A DNA stretch of 63,737 nt, counting the filler, from Phoronis australis (lineage: Eukaryota; Animalia; Phoronida), in NCBI GenBank assembly GCA_002633005.1. It is 10 parts of 10 records of this genome, joined end to end, with 100 filler letters (N's around TTAATTAATTAA, not from the genome) between each part and the next. Parts side by side here need not be neighbours in the genome. Positions count along the whole stretch, not along the records: positions 25,593 to 42,261 come from NMRA01000624.1; 9 more parts are not named here. One strand, written 5' to 3'. Of this stretch, positions 27,223-40,085 are shown piece after piece (within the stretch, counting starts at the first letter, position 1; every line of letters begins with the position of its first letter). The notes beneath the pieces were generated by a model that saw only the letters and a list, made by a program, of their open reading frames with translations, was not told where the DNA came from and searched no databases. The position numbers were made by a program, and so were the translations under genes.

Positions 27223-27900
27223 GTAAGTGTTTTTGTGCATTTGTTGGCAACAGAGTGGCTGGCGAAGATTTTCGTACGTCTCCAACTACTGTGACACATT
27301 GGTTGTTTTTTGCGTCCGCGGTTGGAAGACAAGATTACAAAGTCATGCACATAAATCATAACATACTCCTGCACAGAATAACAGACATTTATATTGAGCT
27401 CACATCAATTAAGTAAATTTTGAAATGAAAACGTTACAAATAAGTAACGTTTCTCGTTCAATGGGGATATTTTTGAAATAATGGCAATCTCTCTTATCTG
27501 CGCTGTATGCGATGCATTTGGTTGGTGCATACTTGCGCTGTATGCAATGCATATGATTGGTGTATAGCAATGGTCCAGCTTGCTCTTGCAACAACCTTAA
27601 CAAGGTCTACACATTTGTTACAAAACTTTGCATAAACAGCACTAGTCTTGTAGTTTTGGTGATTTTAATTTTTAGCATTTCATTGTCGCCAGCACTAAAG
27701 CGCGTCACTTGATCAAGCGATGCTGCTTGTCAGCATTGTTATGGAGAGGGGTTTTCTATCTTACAAACGATGATGGTTTACATTTCACAAGTTCTCCAAT
27801 AAAACGACTTTGTGGAGTTTGATATTTGGAGTTACGTTGTGTGAAAAGTAAAATACAATGACGGGATTCGTTGGTGGTCTTTATTTCTAAATTCTCGGTT

Positions 27901-28554
27901 CGTAAGGCAGACTCCAGGGCTTGTTATTCAAAATTGAGTTGAGTATTTGGCATTTTATCTTCTACTTGGATGAACTGGTGATTGATAAGTGTCTATTATT
28001 CTGTTCTCGAGTTCGTAATGGCTTTCGTGGATAATGTTGTTATCTTAATTTGCACTTGGTGAAACTTAGAGTCTGAACTCAAAATTTTTAGTTTTTACTC
28101 GAAATCTTGAGTTTATACTAATGAGTTTGTAGGTCAAATTTTGAATTAATACTTGAGTTTGTAGGTCAAATCATGAGTTTATACTTGATTTTGTTGGTCA
28201 AATCTTGAGTTTATACTAGAGTTTGTAGGTCAAATCTTGAGTTTATACTTGAGTTTGTAGGTCAAATCTTGAGTTTATTTTTGAGTTTGTAGGTCAAATC
28301 TTGAGTTTATACTTGAGTTTGTAGGTCAAATCTTGAGTTTATACTTGAGTTTGTAGGTCAAATCTTGAGTTTATACTTGAGTTTGTAGGTCAAGTCATGA
28401 AGTGGAAACTTGGACTAGAAACTCATATTCATAATTAATGATGAACTGAAGCATATCCAGATGCTTATTTTGAGTTTGCATAAAATTGGAAAATAAAATG
28501 CCAAAAATGATTACGAGTTCGATTTGGAGTACAAAGATTCGTCTCGTGCCCTAC
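27901..28554. mobile_element. Foldback/MITE-like element with internal 32-bp minisatellite
   Basis: Imperfect ~60-bp inverted ends (CGTAAGGCA...TTTGGCATTTTAT / ATAAAATGCCAAA...TGCCCTACG) enclosing the tandem array. Confidence 0.5.
28104..28393. repeat. 32-bp minisatellite (GAGTTTATACTTGAGTTTGTAGGTCAAATCTT) x~9
   Basis: Period 32 measured between GTCAAATC at 28261 and 28293. Confidence 0.95.
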
Positions 28555-29997
28555 GTCTCCTGATAGTGGACGTGATGCTCTTGTCAGACTCATTACCCTC
28601 ACTCTGGCATCATCTCACAAGCATAGTTTGCCTCTAATGTTCGAAACCTTGTGCGAAACCAGTGTTAAAATCTCTTTCTTTATTACTTTTTCAAAGTTTT
28701 CAAGAGAAATTGGCAATTCTGTTCAAACCCTCTTTATGCTTTGGTTATGTGGCTGCATATTTGAAACGTGTATTTGTTTTGACTTATACATTAAGGAGGC
28801 ATTTCACCAATGTTTTGCTTGCAGTGTTGAATTCTTATTTGAAGTGTTTGGAGTCTTGAAAAGATTACTACGCTCACCCGATTTTGAATTGTCAAATGAG
28901 CTGGAAACTCCAGTTGAAACAGTGCGTGCATGCACCATTTTCAACAGTTTGAGTGTTAGCCAACCCCAATACATGTAGAGTCTGAAGCCGCGTCTTGAGT
29001 TGGTGATGATCTTGATGTTTTTGTTGCTAAAAATCCTGCCAGAGTAAGGTATAATGTGATACAGATTTTGTTAGACTGGTAAAAGACCTAAGTGTTTTTC
29101 CAACTAAACGATGGAGTTACAGATTAAAATTCTTGAAAAGTAGCTTGTCGTTCAGTTCAGTTTCAGTTTACATGATTTGTTCCTGTGTGTCTGTTTTAGG
29201 AGAAAGGAAAAGTCCTTATGTGGCCTTCTGTTTCGTAGCAATGGCTTTCAGTATCCTGTTCTGGACATAATGACCAGTGTTGAGACTGATAATTATTGGA
29301 AAGTACAGACATTCTCACCAGTTGAATAGATGATCTGTCAGTTAGAGATACACATACGTCTTGAGTGGAGGACGTTGTCTAGTTGTCACAGGACTGCCTA
29401 TACTGGCAGTTGTTTGCAACGTGATGCAAACACAAAAATGAATTGAAATTTTGTTCTTTTGAACAAAATGCATTGGAAGTGCGTTGCGATTTGTGGAGAG
29501 ACATGTTAATGTGTTGATGCTAGTATATACCACTGAGCATGGCTCATTGTGAATATTGGTAACGTTTACCACGTTATTTTGTTGAACGTTTGGGCACTGC
29601 ACACGGTCATCCACACAAGCATGATTGACAATGCTCTAGTTTCCTATATGCCATTCAACTTCCCCTTCGGCAAAGAGTGGATATGCTGTTCTCGGTATTC
29701 TTCGCACTAAGAATATTCTGTGCCTGGCTAAATGAAGCCCAAGTTGGTTCGTAAAGTTGACGACTGTCATTATGCATTGTGTCTCGTTGAGTAAGACATC
29801 TCATTTGTTCGTTCACTGTAGGCTGTCCCCGAACCGGCGGAATAATCAAGGACAGTCTATGTCTTGAAAATAATTTCCGAGCACAACCTCAGTCAGTGAG
29901 CTAACAATTACGTCACAGAACCGATAAAATCTTGTCAACAGAAACTGATCCCGGCCGCTATGGCTGAAGTCACTTTTCCACAGATTTGCCTGCAAAT

Positions 29998-30121
29998 GTA
30001 TTGGTTATCTCTTGTAGGTATGTGTATTGGCATTGAACTGCCTCAAACCTACATGTAATTGTGTATTGTATTGGTTATCTCTTGTAGGTATGTGTATGAG
30101 GATTGAACTGCCTCAAACCTA
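29998..30121. repeat. ~70-bp tandem duplication
   Basis: GTATTGGTTATCTCTTGTAGGTATGTGTAT...GCCTCAAACCT occurs twice. Confidence 0.85.
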
Positions 30122-31184
30122 ATTGTACATTGTTTTGGTCGTAATTTTGCTCCTGTTACATAACTGTCGTTAGCTCAAGGAAAAGTCGTAAATAATGTGT
30201 CAATTGTAAGCCATAATATTACCATAAAATTAACACATAAAGGAGGCAAGATGGACCGGGACTTGCTAATTTGAGCACATTAGGAGTATCGGACAATGTC
30301 AAAGACATGCATGACTCTTGGGACAGACTGTCGATTTTTGTTGGCTAACACTAACGGACTTGTTGTTGAAGATTTGAAGTACAGGTATGCCATATGGGAG
30401 TACTGCAATCAATAAGCCTCTTTTTTAAATCAAGCTCATTTTCGAAATTGAATTTAGACTACGTCCCAAGATGCCATGTTTAGACTGCATGGCTATTACT
30501 CAAAGTAAGTCACTTTCAGTGGTGAAATCAAAAGTTAAGAAAATACCGTACGAGTTGTCGCTGGAGACACGTGGCACACCGAGCCTAGCTCATGCCATAA
30601 GGGACTTATTTTTGACGGATGCGCAGAGCATGGAAAGTAATGTGAGTAAAATAAGTTACAAAGGGTAAGATCGGGATGATTATCCCCTGAGCCTCGGAGA
30701 TTGACATAGCTGCATGTAATTCGATAATTTCAAAATCTGGTTTGGGTGGGGAATTCATTGGAAAAACTTAACTTTGTACATGTACATAAAACATGAGAAT
30801 TGAACAGAAACTTGCGAAAATAGTATCAAATGAGCGTACTTCCCAGTATTAAAACATCAGCGAACCAATCGATGTTCCCACATGCATGTACGTAAACGTC
30901 TATACTCACATGCCAGCAGAATAAAGTAACCTTCATGTACAGTCCGGGATCGTCAAATCTAAGCTAAACTGAAGGCTAAAAGCTGCCAGACTTTGAAATC
31001 TTTAATTCATCCGAAGGCATGCACGACGATACTTGACGGGCAACCGGCTATATCAATAAATACATGTACGTACAAAGAGTGGCAATTATTTCTCTCAACA
31101 CGTGACTACAGGATTTCACAAGAACAGGAAGAGGGAGGCAATTGATTCAATCATTGGGGCCACTTGCGGGTGTACAGTAGAGGG

Positions 31185-31322
31185 TGCTAAGAGGGCCATG
31201 ACCCCCTATGAATTCTCCCAGATTCCATTTGGAAGTTCGGGGGGGTGGAAATGTCTGACAGGCAAAATCCTGGTTAATACTGTGCCCTGCCGCTCCAATT
31301 CGAAATCCTGGATCCGCTCCTG
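31185..31322 (+). mobile_element. hAT-like MITE family member (other copies ~3465-3560, ~32297-32610, ~52850-52889)
   Basis: Shared core TTCTCCCAGATTCCATTTGG and termini of the AAATCCTGGATCCGC.CCTG / CCCTAAATCCGCCACTG type. Confidence 0.6.
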
Positions 31323-32510
31323 GGGGCTCCCCTTCCGGAGCACCTCATAAGACAGAAAGATATTAAGTGAAAAAGCAGGAAACCGCCCACCACCAAGCTC
31401 CGTCGAAGGGCCGATTATCCCAAAATATGAAAGGATGTATTACAAAACAGGACGTGGACATCAACTGGTACCGCCGCGCTGCTGAAAGAGAATGGGTTTG
31501 AGTTAGAGGAATTGTGTTTTCTGTTAGCCTTGTCCAAAAAACAACCAATGCGTACTAACACGACAATTAGACGGGCAGAGATGGACAATGTATTTGACGG
31601 TACGTTCTCGTTTTGGTTAAACGAGCCCTACTGCAATTTGATGGTTCCCTGTTTCGTTAAATCTTATGCAGAAGTACCATAGAACCATACACACGAGCAG
31701 CGCAGCTTACGCACGAGGTATCTTAGAACCTACATGTATGAACCATGCATACAAACTCATGATTCATGCAAACGAACCTAACATCACGCATGCAAAAATT
31801 ATGCACGAACCACAAAAAATATACATGCGAGTTCAGTCGTACACACGAGCTTCTAATCACACGCAGGAACAGTTGGTTCATGCGTATGATTCTGATGCTC
31901 GTTGCTATGATTTTATAGTACCCCTGTTACGTGATTATGAAAGTTGAACACGGTTAGCACGTGAGTTGCTTCTTTTTCAGTTACAAGCGCGGTTGAAGGT
32001 ATGTATTTTAGCCAAAGAACTCCTTTTATCTGCTATCAGGTTTCATGAATACGACGCAAAGTAGTGGGATAGTTGCTACAAAACATGTTTTGGTGTCAAA
32101 ACATTATTCTTCAAAGGCATTGAATGTATTTTTTTCTTTTTCTCAAAACCACACCGTCACGCTATTATCCCTTTTTCCTTTTTTTGAAGTTAGCCTCGCT
32201 ATCACGGGCAACATGAACATTGACTGAATTGGGCCCACGGAACCCCCAAATCTCGACATCGCCAACGGAATGATGTTGAAAATTATACATATAATCGTGG
32301 CCGATTTAGGGGAGGTGGGGCCAAGGGGCCGTGCCACCCTAAAGTTCTCTCAGATACCATTTGGGAGTTCGGGGTACGAATTGCTGAGTAGCATACTGTA
32401 TGCGCGCAGCCAGGGGGTTCCGGGGCGAATGCACAATACACAGGCCTTGAAAAAATGCCGTCTACTGTTGTTTGTTGGTAATGATGACCACAAACCCAAA
32501 ATTTCGAGGT

Positions 32511-34081
32511 CCCTGCATCCCTAAATTATAGGCTGAGCGCGAATTTGGCGAAATTCTCTTTATCCCTCTGCCCTGGCTCTCCCTAATCCGAAATCCTGGA
32601 TCCGCCCTTGTGTAACTAGATATTAGATATTCGCTGTGACGATTGAAAGTGAAACAACCATGGCACACTGAACACCGACGGAAGCCATAATGACAGAAAT
32701 GTTTGGTGCTACAACCCATTTTTGTAGTCGGCTGGGTGGGTCGCGTACGAATGCATGACAAAAATTCCGAAATGGACCGCTGGCTTGCTGATTATATGTA
32801 CAAGTAGGATAAGGTCTGCGACAATGCCAATTCCAAGGACTCGAGGCTCTTGTGCTATTTGTTCCTTGAAGTCAACGATTCCCGTTTGTGTTCAATTTTT
32901 ATCAACAAAATCTATTCCAATATCATTGCGTGCACCGTTCTAAATACGAGAATGTTCTCTGTTAATTCAAGATTTTCCACGCACCTAAACCTACTAAGTT
33001 ACAATGTCATTTTCTTCCCGAAACGCACAAGTTGTGATTCTTCATTCCTTTAGCTGCCAATGGAATCTTGGGTTGTTACGGACTTTTAACCAGAAAATGT
33101 GACTGTAAACAACCAAAACTTTCGAGTCTCTGCTCGATCACATAAAGCTATCGCTCCACATCCAACGGTCGACTAAAGTAAACTCATTAGAGTTGACCGT
33201 AGCGGAGGGTATGCTTTCGCTATATTGAACCTTGAAGAATACTACGTTTTGTCACATGGCGGTGAAAAATCCCAGGCATCAATGATCGTGATTGTTGACT
33301 GNCCCTGCATCCCTAAATTATAGGCTGAGCGCGAATTTGGCGAAATTCTCTTTATCCCTCTGCCCTGGCTCTCCCTAATCCGAAATCCTGGATCCGCCCT
33401 TGTGTAACTAGATATTAGATATTTGCTGTGACGATTGAAAGTGAAACAACCATGGCACACTGAACACCGACGGAAGCCCTAATGACAGAAATGTTTGGTG
33501 CTACAACCCATTTTTGTAGTCGGCTGGGTGGGTCGCGTACGAATGCATGACAAAAATTCCGAAATGGACCGCTGGCTTGCTGATTATATGTACAAGTAGG
33601 ATAAGGTCTGCGACAAGGACTCGAGGCTCTTGTGCTATTTGTTCCTTGAAGTCAACGATTCCCGTTTGTGTTCAATTTTTATCAGCAAAATCTATTCCAA
33701 TATCATTGCGTGCACCGTTCTAAATACGAGAATGTTCTCTGTTAATTCAAGATTTTCCACGCACCTAAACCTACTAAGTTACAATGTCATTTTCTTCCCG
33801 AAACGCACAAGTTGTGATTCTTCATTCCTTTAGCTGCCAATGGAATCTTGGGTTGTTACGGACTTTTAACCAGAAAATGTGACTGTAAACAACCAAAACT
33901 TTCGAGTCTCTGCTCGATCACATAAAGCTATCGCTCCACATCCAACGGTCGACTAAAGTAAACTCATTAGAGTTGACCGTAGCAGAGGGTATGCTTTCGC
34001 TATATTGAACCTTGAAGAATACTACGTTTTGTCACATGGCGGTGAAAAATCCCAGGCATCAATGATCGTGATTGTTGACTG
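32511..34081. repeat. ~790-bp direct duplication split by a single n (probable allelic-overlap artefact)
   Basis: 32511-33301 and 33303-34081 are near-identical (few SNPs, one ~12-bp indel) and joined at n33302. Confidence 0.9.
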
Positions 34082-35312
34082 GAATTGTCGATTTTAGAAT
34101 CTTGCCAACTTCCAAAGTGATCGAGTTACACTTACTTCCAGTCAAAGTAAATCCAGAGTGTAATTAGCGTAATTAAACCGGCCATTCCTTGATCACCAGA
34201 AAACCAACTTTAATTAAACACATCAAATTTTTAGCAGCATTCAATGGGAGAAGTTTTTGGGGTTTCTGTCGGTCTCAAGCTTGCGTCGTTGGGTTGAGAA
34301 TGGGGTTGAGACCAACTGACACTGTCAACTTAGATGTCTGTGCCATGCATTGAATGCCTTTTGTATGGTCCTCAAACGTTTGAGCCAGCTCAATTTTGTT
34401 GTTACAACGTATTTATTTTTGTGTTTCTGGCGCACCGTTTACAAAACGTAAGTGTATTTTTGTCAAACGTAATTCGGTGCTCACACTATCCAATAGTGCG
34501 AATATCGATGACTATCTGGCTCTATGAATGCGACCCTGGTTTGGGCTATGCGAATTACCGGTATTGGATTAATACTTAAACCATCAGCAACTTTTTATAT
34601 GCGCTCCTAAATCGAGCACGGGTGGTTCTCATGAAGAAAATGAGTTTGTGATAATGCTTGATGATTTGTGAATGACGCAATAGCAGCATTTTACCGAATC
34701 TAGACCCTATCCTTCGAGACCTATTTATTTAAATTCTCCTTTCCCTCTTTTAATGGAAAACAAATTGTCTTGTTTATTTTACGCAGTTATAACTAAAGAT
34801 GATGGAAGGAACCTTAAACACGTGTACCTGGCTTATTGAATGCTGTAGCGGTTTGAATGAATACAGCGTACGTGCCTCTGTTAGCTTACAGAGTAGATGC
34901 CAAAAATCAAGTGCACCGCCCTTATTCAAATCTATGGAATAAATAACAAGAGGACAATAGTTTTGTAATTAAGTCAACATCTCCAACTACTTTTTATTAT
35001 CTAACTTCGTTTCGTATGTGACTCACCAAAGTTGTCACTGATTCCAATGTACATTTGTACACTAGAAAGGTACATTGTACATTGAAAGCCATGCAGTGAA
35101 GGAAATGGTCGGTGAGTAGGCCATAGTTTGGCAAAATTGAATGAGTTCGTCCTGCTTCTTCGGGCCCAACGACTAACATTGGTTCTATCATTTGGCCAGT
35201 GTTTGAAATAGTGAATCACAGCTACCGAGTGTACAATGTATAATGTTTATGTCTAAATTCTTGTTAAACTAATCAAGTGTGCATGTTATGATTTTCTGCT
35301 GACGCTTTCCAG

Positions 35313-35444
35313 CACTGCGACGGTGTGAAGATAAAGTGAACTGTGAAAGTTATAATGCCAATTTTGAAATTATCTGCACCGAGTACAAAGAATGGGCAAG
35401 TTTTAACTGTGAAAAATACTGTGGCATGTGTAGAACACCGACAG
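35313..35444 (+). CDS. ShK (ShKT) domain exon 1: LRRCEDKVNCESYNANFEIICTEYKEWASFNCEKYCGMCRTPT
   Basis: ctttccAG|...acag|GTAAAG. 132 nt, phase 1-1. Six-Cys ShK pattern ending CxxxCGxC. Confidence 0.92.
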
Positions 35445-35799
35445 GTAAAGTATCAGGGGACAGATATGATTCTACGACCACGCTTCTAAATTCCAGTTGC
35501 AATCTCCTAAAATCCTGTCACTGATCACAACGGTAAACCCGCGTTACACTTTTAAGTGTACTTTAAAAAGTACACTCACAAAATTCCTTATTGAGCAGTA
35601 AATATTCCATACACCGGTGACTTAACTCCAAACCCGAGAATTAAACTGACCAGTACCTGACCACTTTTGCGGGTTTGTGACTTGTGATCCGGGACTAGGG
35701 TTTAGGGATCGCTGTTGGAATGGCGTGGTCATAGTATTCATTTTTTGAGTTTGATGATCACATCGGAAAACGAATGATTAACACGGGAATTTCTTTTAA

Positions 35800-36410
35800 C
35801 TGTGGGAGTTGGTGTGGATCCTGGTGGTTGTGAATTAGTGAGGGTGATGTTGGGGAGTTTGTGGGTTGCTGTGGTGATTGTGGGGTGTTGTTAAGTGTGC
35901 AGGGTGTTGATTATGGGGTTTTGTGGCACTTGGCGTTAATTGATTAATCCTTGCTAACTTCATGCAAATCTCTGTTCTCAATACCGTAAATATCCATTAG
36001 TATCACATAGACCTTGTAAGTACTGTAAATTTTATACGCAGCTCTTGCTTTACATGGACTAGCCATGGGCTAATATTCACTGTTCTTGAGCATAAATAGA
36101 TATGTATGTTTGTACGTATGTATGTATGCCACAAGCGTATCTCTCACAACGTGACGCTCGAGATAGAAGTTGACGTCAGCAACACTGAACTGTTTCCGTT
36201 GTGATGTGGATTTCATTTTGTTATGTATCGTGTTGTCACAATCTGTGGAAAATGTTTCAAGATTCATTTCAGAATGTTGCGTGGATTCTGGGGGGTGTTG
36301 TGGCGATTCTGGGGAAATTTGTTTGAGAGTGTATTGAGGGGTTGTTGTGAACTTCGTATGGTGTTGTGAAGTTTGTACAAGGCGGTTGTGGTGTTTGTGG
36401 GGTGCTTTGT
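35800..36410. repeat. GT-rich low-complexity tracts (35800-35930, 36270-36410)
   Basis: Degenerate GTGGGGTGTTG-type repeats, probably parts of one decayed element in the intron. Confidence 0.5.
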
Positions 36411-36898
36411 CACCTGTACATCTATACGATTCCGTAGGGCCTTGGAATCAGAAATCCCCATGCTCCACTCACCGTCTGATATAATGATGCATCTAAACTT
36501 GGCAGTGTCCAATTAGTGTCTGGTATCTTTTTTCTGATCTAACAAATGATGGCTCCCCCAAGTGACCATGTATCATTTCTGTGTCTGGGTTTGAGAACCG
36601 CATCCCTGCCAACGAAATCGCAGTTGAATAGCCACCATCAAAGTTAACACATGTGTTCCCACTGGCGAAAAAATAATGACCGACAGTAATGTTCGGTTAG
36701 ATCTACTGTGAAACCTTATGGCAATACAGGATTGCTATCTCCTTGATAACGTAGCCTCAGAAAACAGATTTCCAATGCTCTTAATAGTTCTTGGTAAATT
36801 TAGCATTTTAATGTTGATGGTGATATGTTTTTATTAAATGGCTCAGCCAACTCCGATGAGGATGTATGATTTCACCAATTGATGGCGGTGTTTTCCAG

Positions 36899-37027
36899 AA
36901 ACTGTAACATGTGCAGATAGATCTAATAACTGTGCTAGTCACGGGAGAGATGTGTGCACTAAGTACAGACGGTGGGCAAGTGACATGTGTAGAGCACATT
37001 GCGGCTTCTGCAAAGAACCGTCGACAG
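36899..37027 (+). CDS. ShK domain exon 2: TVTCADRSNNCASHGRDVCTKYRRWASDMCRAHCGFCKEPST
   Basis: ttttccAG|...acag|GTAAGT. 129 nt, phase 1-1. Six Cys in ShK spacing. Absent from the ORF track. Confidence 0.92.
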
Positions 37028-37960
37028 GTAAGTTGCTGCCACAAGACTTTTTATACAACAGAATGACGCAAATTGTATCAAGGTGAAACGTTTGAAATAA
37101 AATCAACAAATTACTATCGTTATATGAATGGGTTTTGACACTACGCGTAATGTGGATATACCTGCATCCCATCACAAAATACATCTTCAATTAAAAATTA
37201 CTTAGGTTGCAGTTTCGATGTTCATTTCCAATGAAATGGGGGATGTTTGTATTCAACTGTGAAGTTTTCCAATTGCACGCATTAGGCAAAGACGTTCCTA
37301 ACATACATGTACACCCACTTGACTCATCTATAGATGGATCTGTCTAAAGACAAAAATCGGTACAATGGAGTTCAATGGCCAGGAGAACAAAAAATGGAAT
37401 AAGGAGCTCTCCCGAAAATCTCGAGCAATTCGAATACGGTTGACTCAATTCAGCAATCGACAATATCCATTCACATGCTAAACTTCTGAAAATTCCTCAA
37501 AAGTTCTGTATAGCTACGACTGCACAAACTATGATTAGAAAGAAAAAACGTCATTGCGGCATTGTGCCCAAGGATATGTTTCAAGCCTCTTCGAGGGATG
37601 CATGTTGTTTGACAATTTCATGACGATCGGACGAAAATTATGAATTCCATGGTGAGCCAACAGAAGAATTGCGCGAAGTCAATCAACAAAAGGTCATTCA
37701 ACACACAAGTTTATCTTGTGAATCGCTATCAATGAAATCTGGGACGATAAACCGAATTGCATGGTGGGATGACAGTGTTTGCATCTACGTACCAAATTTG
37801 AGAATGTTCCGATGTAGTACTTCAGGGAAACAGCAAGATAAATCAACATGAAAAAAGAATACATGTATGTCGGAAAGCAGCACACAATTCCGGCTTAATT
37901 TGACTTTTTCTGTATTCATAATGCCTTTTCCTAAGATCGGTCAACTGATTGCATTTTCAG

Positions 37961-38095
37961 CTCTGCAAACGTGCGAGAACGAACACAGCGGCTGTGCTGA
38001 ATACGGAAAAAATCTCTGCACTCTCTACAAGGAGTGGGCAAGTATCAACTGCAAGGCTTACTGCGGTTTTTGCAAAGAACCGTCGACGACGACAG
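37961..38095 (+). CDS. ShK domain exon 3: LQTCENEHSGCAEYGKNLCTLYKEWASINCKAYCGFCKEPSTTT
   Basis: gcattttcAG|...acag|GTAATT. 135 nt, phase 1-1. Six Cys. Confidence 0.92.
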
Positions 38096-38591
38096 GTAAT
38101 TGAAAGGCGATTACGAAAGTAACTGAAAACAATCTGTGGAAGTTCCATATATAAGACAAGTTTTATCACCCACACAGTTTAGTGGTAAGTGCTGAAGCAT
38201 GGCGTGGTTACCATTTGCTCTTAGCCTGTGCACATGAAGCACAGTAATCCAAATAAAATCAACTGGAAATATTAAGTAGTAAGTAGGAGCAGTATAAATT
38301 ACAAGAGAAGTTCCTTATAAAAAACGAATTACGTTCAGCGTAAGTGGTTAATCCTTCAGCCACAAATAGGTAGTGTGGGACTCGGAGGAGAGAGTTGCAG
38401 CGATAACTACATGTAGGAATCCAAACTGAATTGCCAAGTCAATTCGAATACCAAACGGTACCAATTTTACCCCATGTGAAATGTTCGATTGATGTTAAGG
38501 GCCAGTCCACTGTATACTCAAATAGTTCGATACGTAGACCTACATCTTACACGAAATATTGAAGGGATCGAGATGCAACCTCACTCGTACA

Positions 38592-38857
38592 CATGCGCGC
38601 ACCCAGGGGGGCTCGGGTGGCTCGAACGCGCTCCTCATTTGGCGAAGTGGGCAAAACGGTCCGCCTCAGAGAAACAAAAAGTCTGCGAAAACGAGACAAA
38701 AGTCCACTAAAAAGACGCAGACGCACAGTTCACAGTTCTTAAGGTGGTACACAGTTTTTTCATCTTTTTAGTCCTCCCGAATTTTGTCAGCAAAAGCCTG
38801 AAGTCCACATCGACAGAAAATTCGAGCCATCCATTTTCAAGGCTGGGTGCGCGCATG
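38592..38857. mobile_element. MITE with 15-bp TIR and 5-bp TSD (hAT5-like); other copies ~40-80 and ~45638-45786
   Basis: CATGCGCGCACCCAG ... CTGGGTGCGCGCATG with GTACA duplicated at 38587-91 and 38858-62. Confidence 0.8.
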
Positions 38858-39431
38858 GTACAAGTTGCCCATGCTCATAGGCTTATACTGCGCAAGCGTG
38901 ATGCACCTTTTCATCACTACAGTTAAACAAATAAAATATAAGAAAATATTGGCAGGGCAATAAGTATTTTTTATGAGAACCGGCAGTGCAGCCCGGTTAT
39001 GCGCTGTTGCCGGTTTTCTCAGTAAACACAAGAATATTAGTTGACCATTTTTCGACGACCGATTGCCACCTTGTTTCCGGAACGTCGGATAAAGTTTCGT
39101 GACCTTTACTGTGCGGTAATAGGAGGACTCCTGTGAAAGATCGTTACATAGGCGTGATGTGAACCACACGAGTGAGCTTAAAGTGCGAAAGCATGGTTAT
39201 CGTTTAATATTATCCTCTACATGCTGCATAGCAAGAATCCATCAACGGTATCAATTAAGATTCGTATATATCATTGTAAAAGCAGACGCCCTTCTACGAG
39301 AAAGTAATTGCTTTTAAGAGAACCTTTGTTAAAAAGAACACAGATTTTTTCAATTCCCAATATGTGAAACTGCTTCATTTTTTTGACTTCTTTGCTACAT
39401 GTTACTTTGCTTATTGTGTCTGGAATTACAG

Positions 39432-39551
39432 TTGCAACACGCACTCGTCCTTCACGTCAAGCTGGCACGTGTGCCGACAAATACAAGCATCACTATTCTG
39501 GCCAACACACAGCTTGTCTTTCAAGATCCTCGAAATACATTCGTCTTACAG
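39432..39551 (+). CDS. Exon 4: linker + N-terminal Cys segment of CAP/SCP domain (ATRTRPSRQAGTCADKYKHHYSGQHTACLSRSSKYIRLT)
   Basis: attacAG|...acag|GTACAT. 120 nt, phase 1-1. C-x-x-KY...HT-x-CL resembles the N-terminus of molluscan Tex31/antigen-5-type CAP proteins. Confidence 0.8.
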
Positions 39552-40085
39552 GTACATGTAATTTTAAAACCGAAAATTTTCACTACTCATTCACCCAACA
39601 CTGTGTGTCATCCTATCGCTTCACTACATATTTAAGGGTCCTTGCACTGCGACAATTGTATCGCGCGATATTTACCCATAATGCTGCAACATTCTCATAT
39701 TATTTATTGGCGCCTTAATGGTTTTCCACCCAATTATACGGTCCACGGGTATGTTTAGGGAAACATATTTAAAATACCCCCATAGTTTTGGATCCCGATA
39801 TTTACTTAATTGATTATCCTTTTACGAGATGTGGATGAAGCTACATGTACAAGAGGGACAACTTTTGAGTTTGCAGTTTTCGTGCAACGACGTACATGTG
39901 AACAAAACCTCGCGTGCAATGTATGACAAAAACACAATCTAAGCCGAGAAGGGTGCAGCGTGTACTAACCTTCAGCAAGGCAGGTTTTCAAGCACCTTGA
40001 TCGCAGACGTCTGCTAGAAGATTGCTTGTTCAACAATTCTGGAATTTTTGACATTTTCTGCTAAAACACCTTTTGTGTTCTTCAG

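Noticed and set aside
28104-28393. CRISPR-like array (32-bp period)
   Set aside because: Units are contiguous with no unique spacers, no cas genes, eukaryotic context.
34787-34867. First/signal-peptide exon for the ShK gene
   Set aside because: Good acceptor, but the ATG frame lacks a hydrophobic core and ends in the wrong phase for exon 35313.
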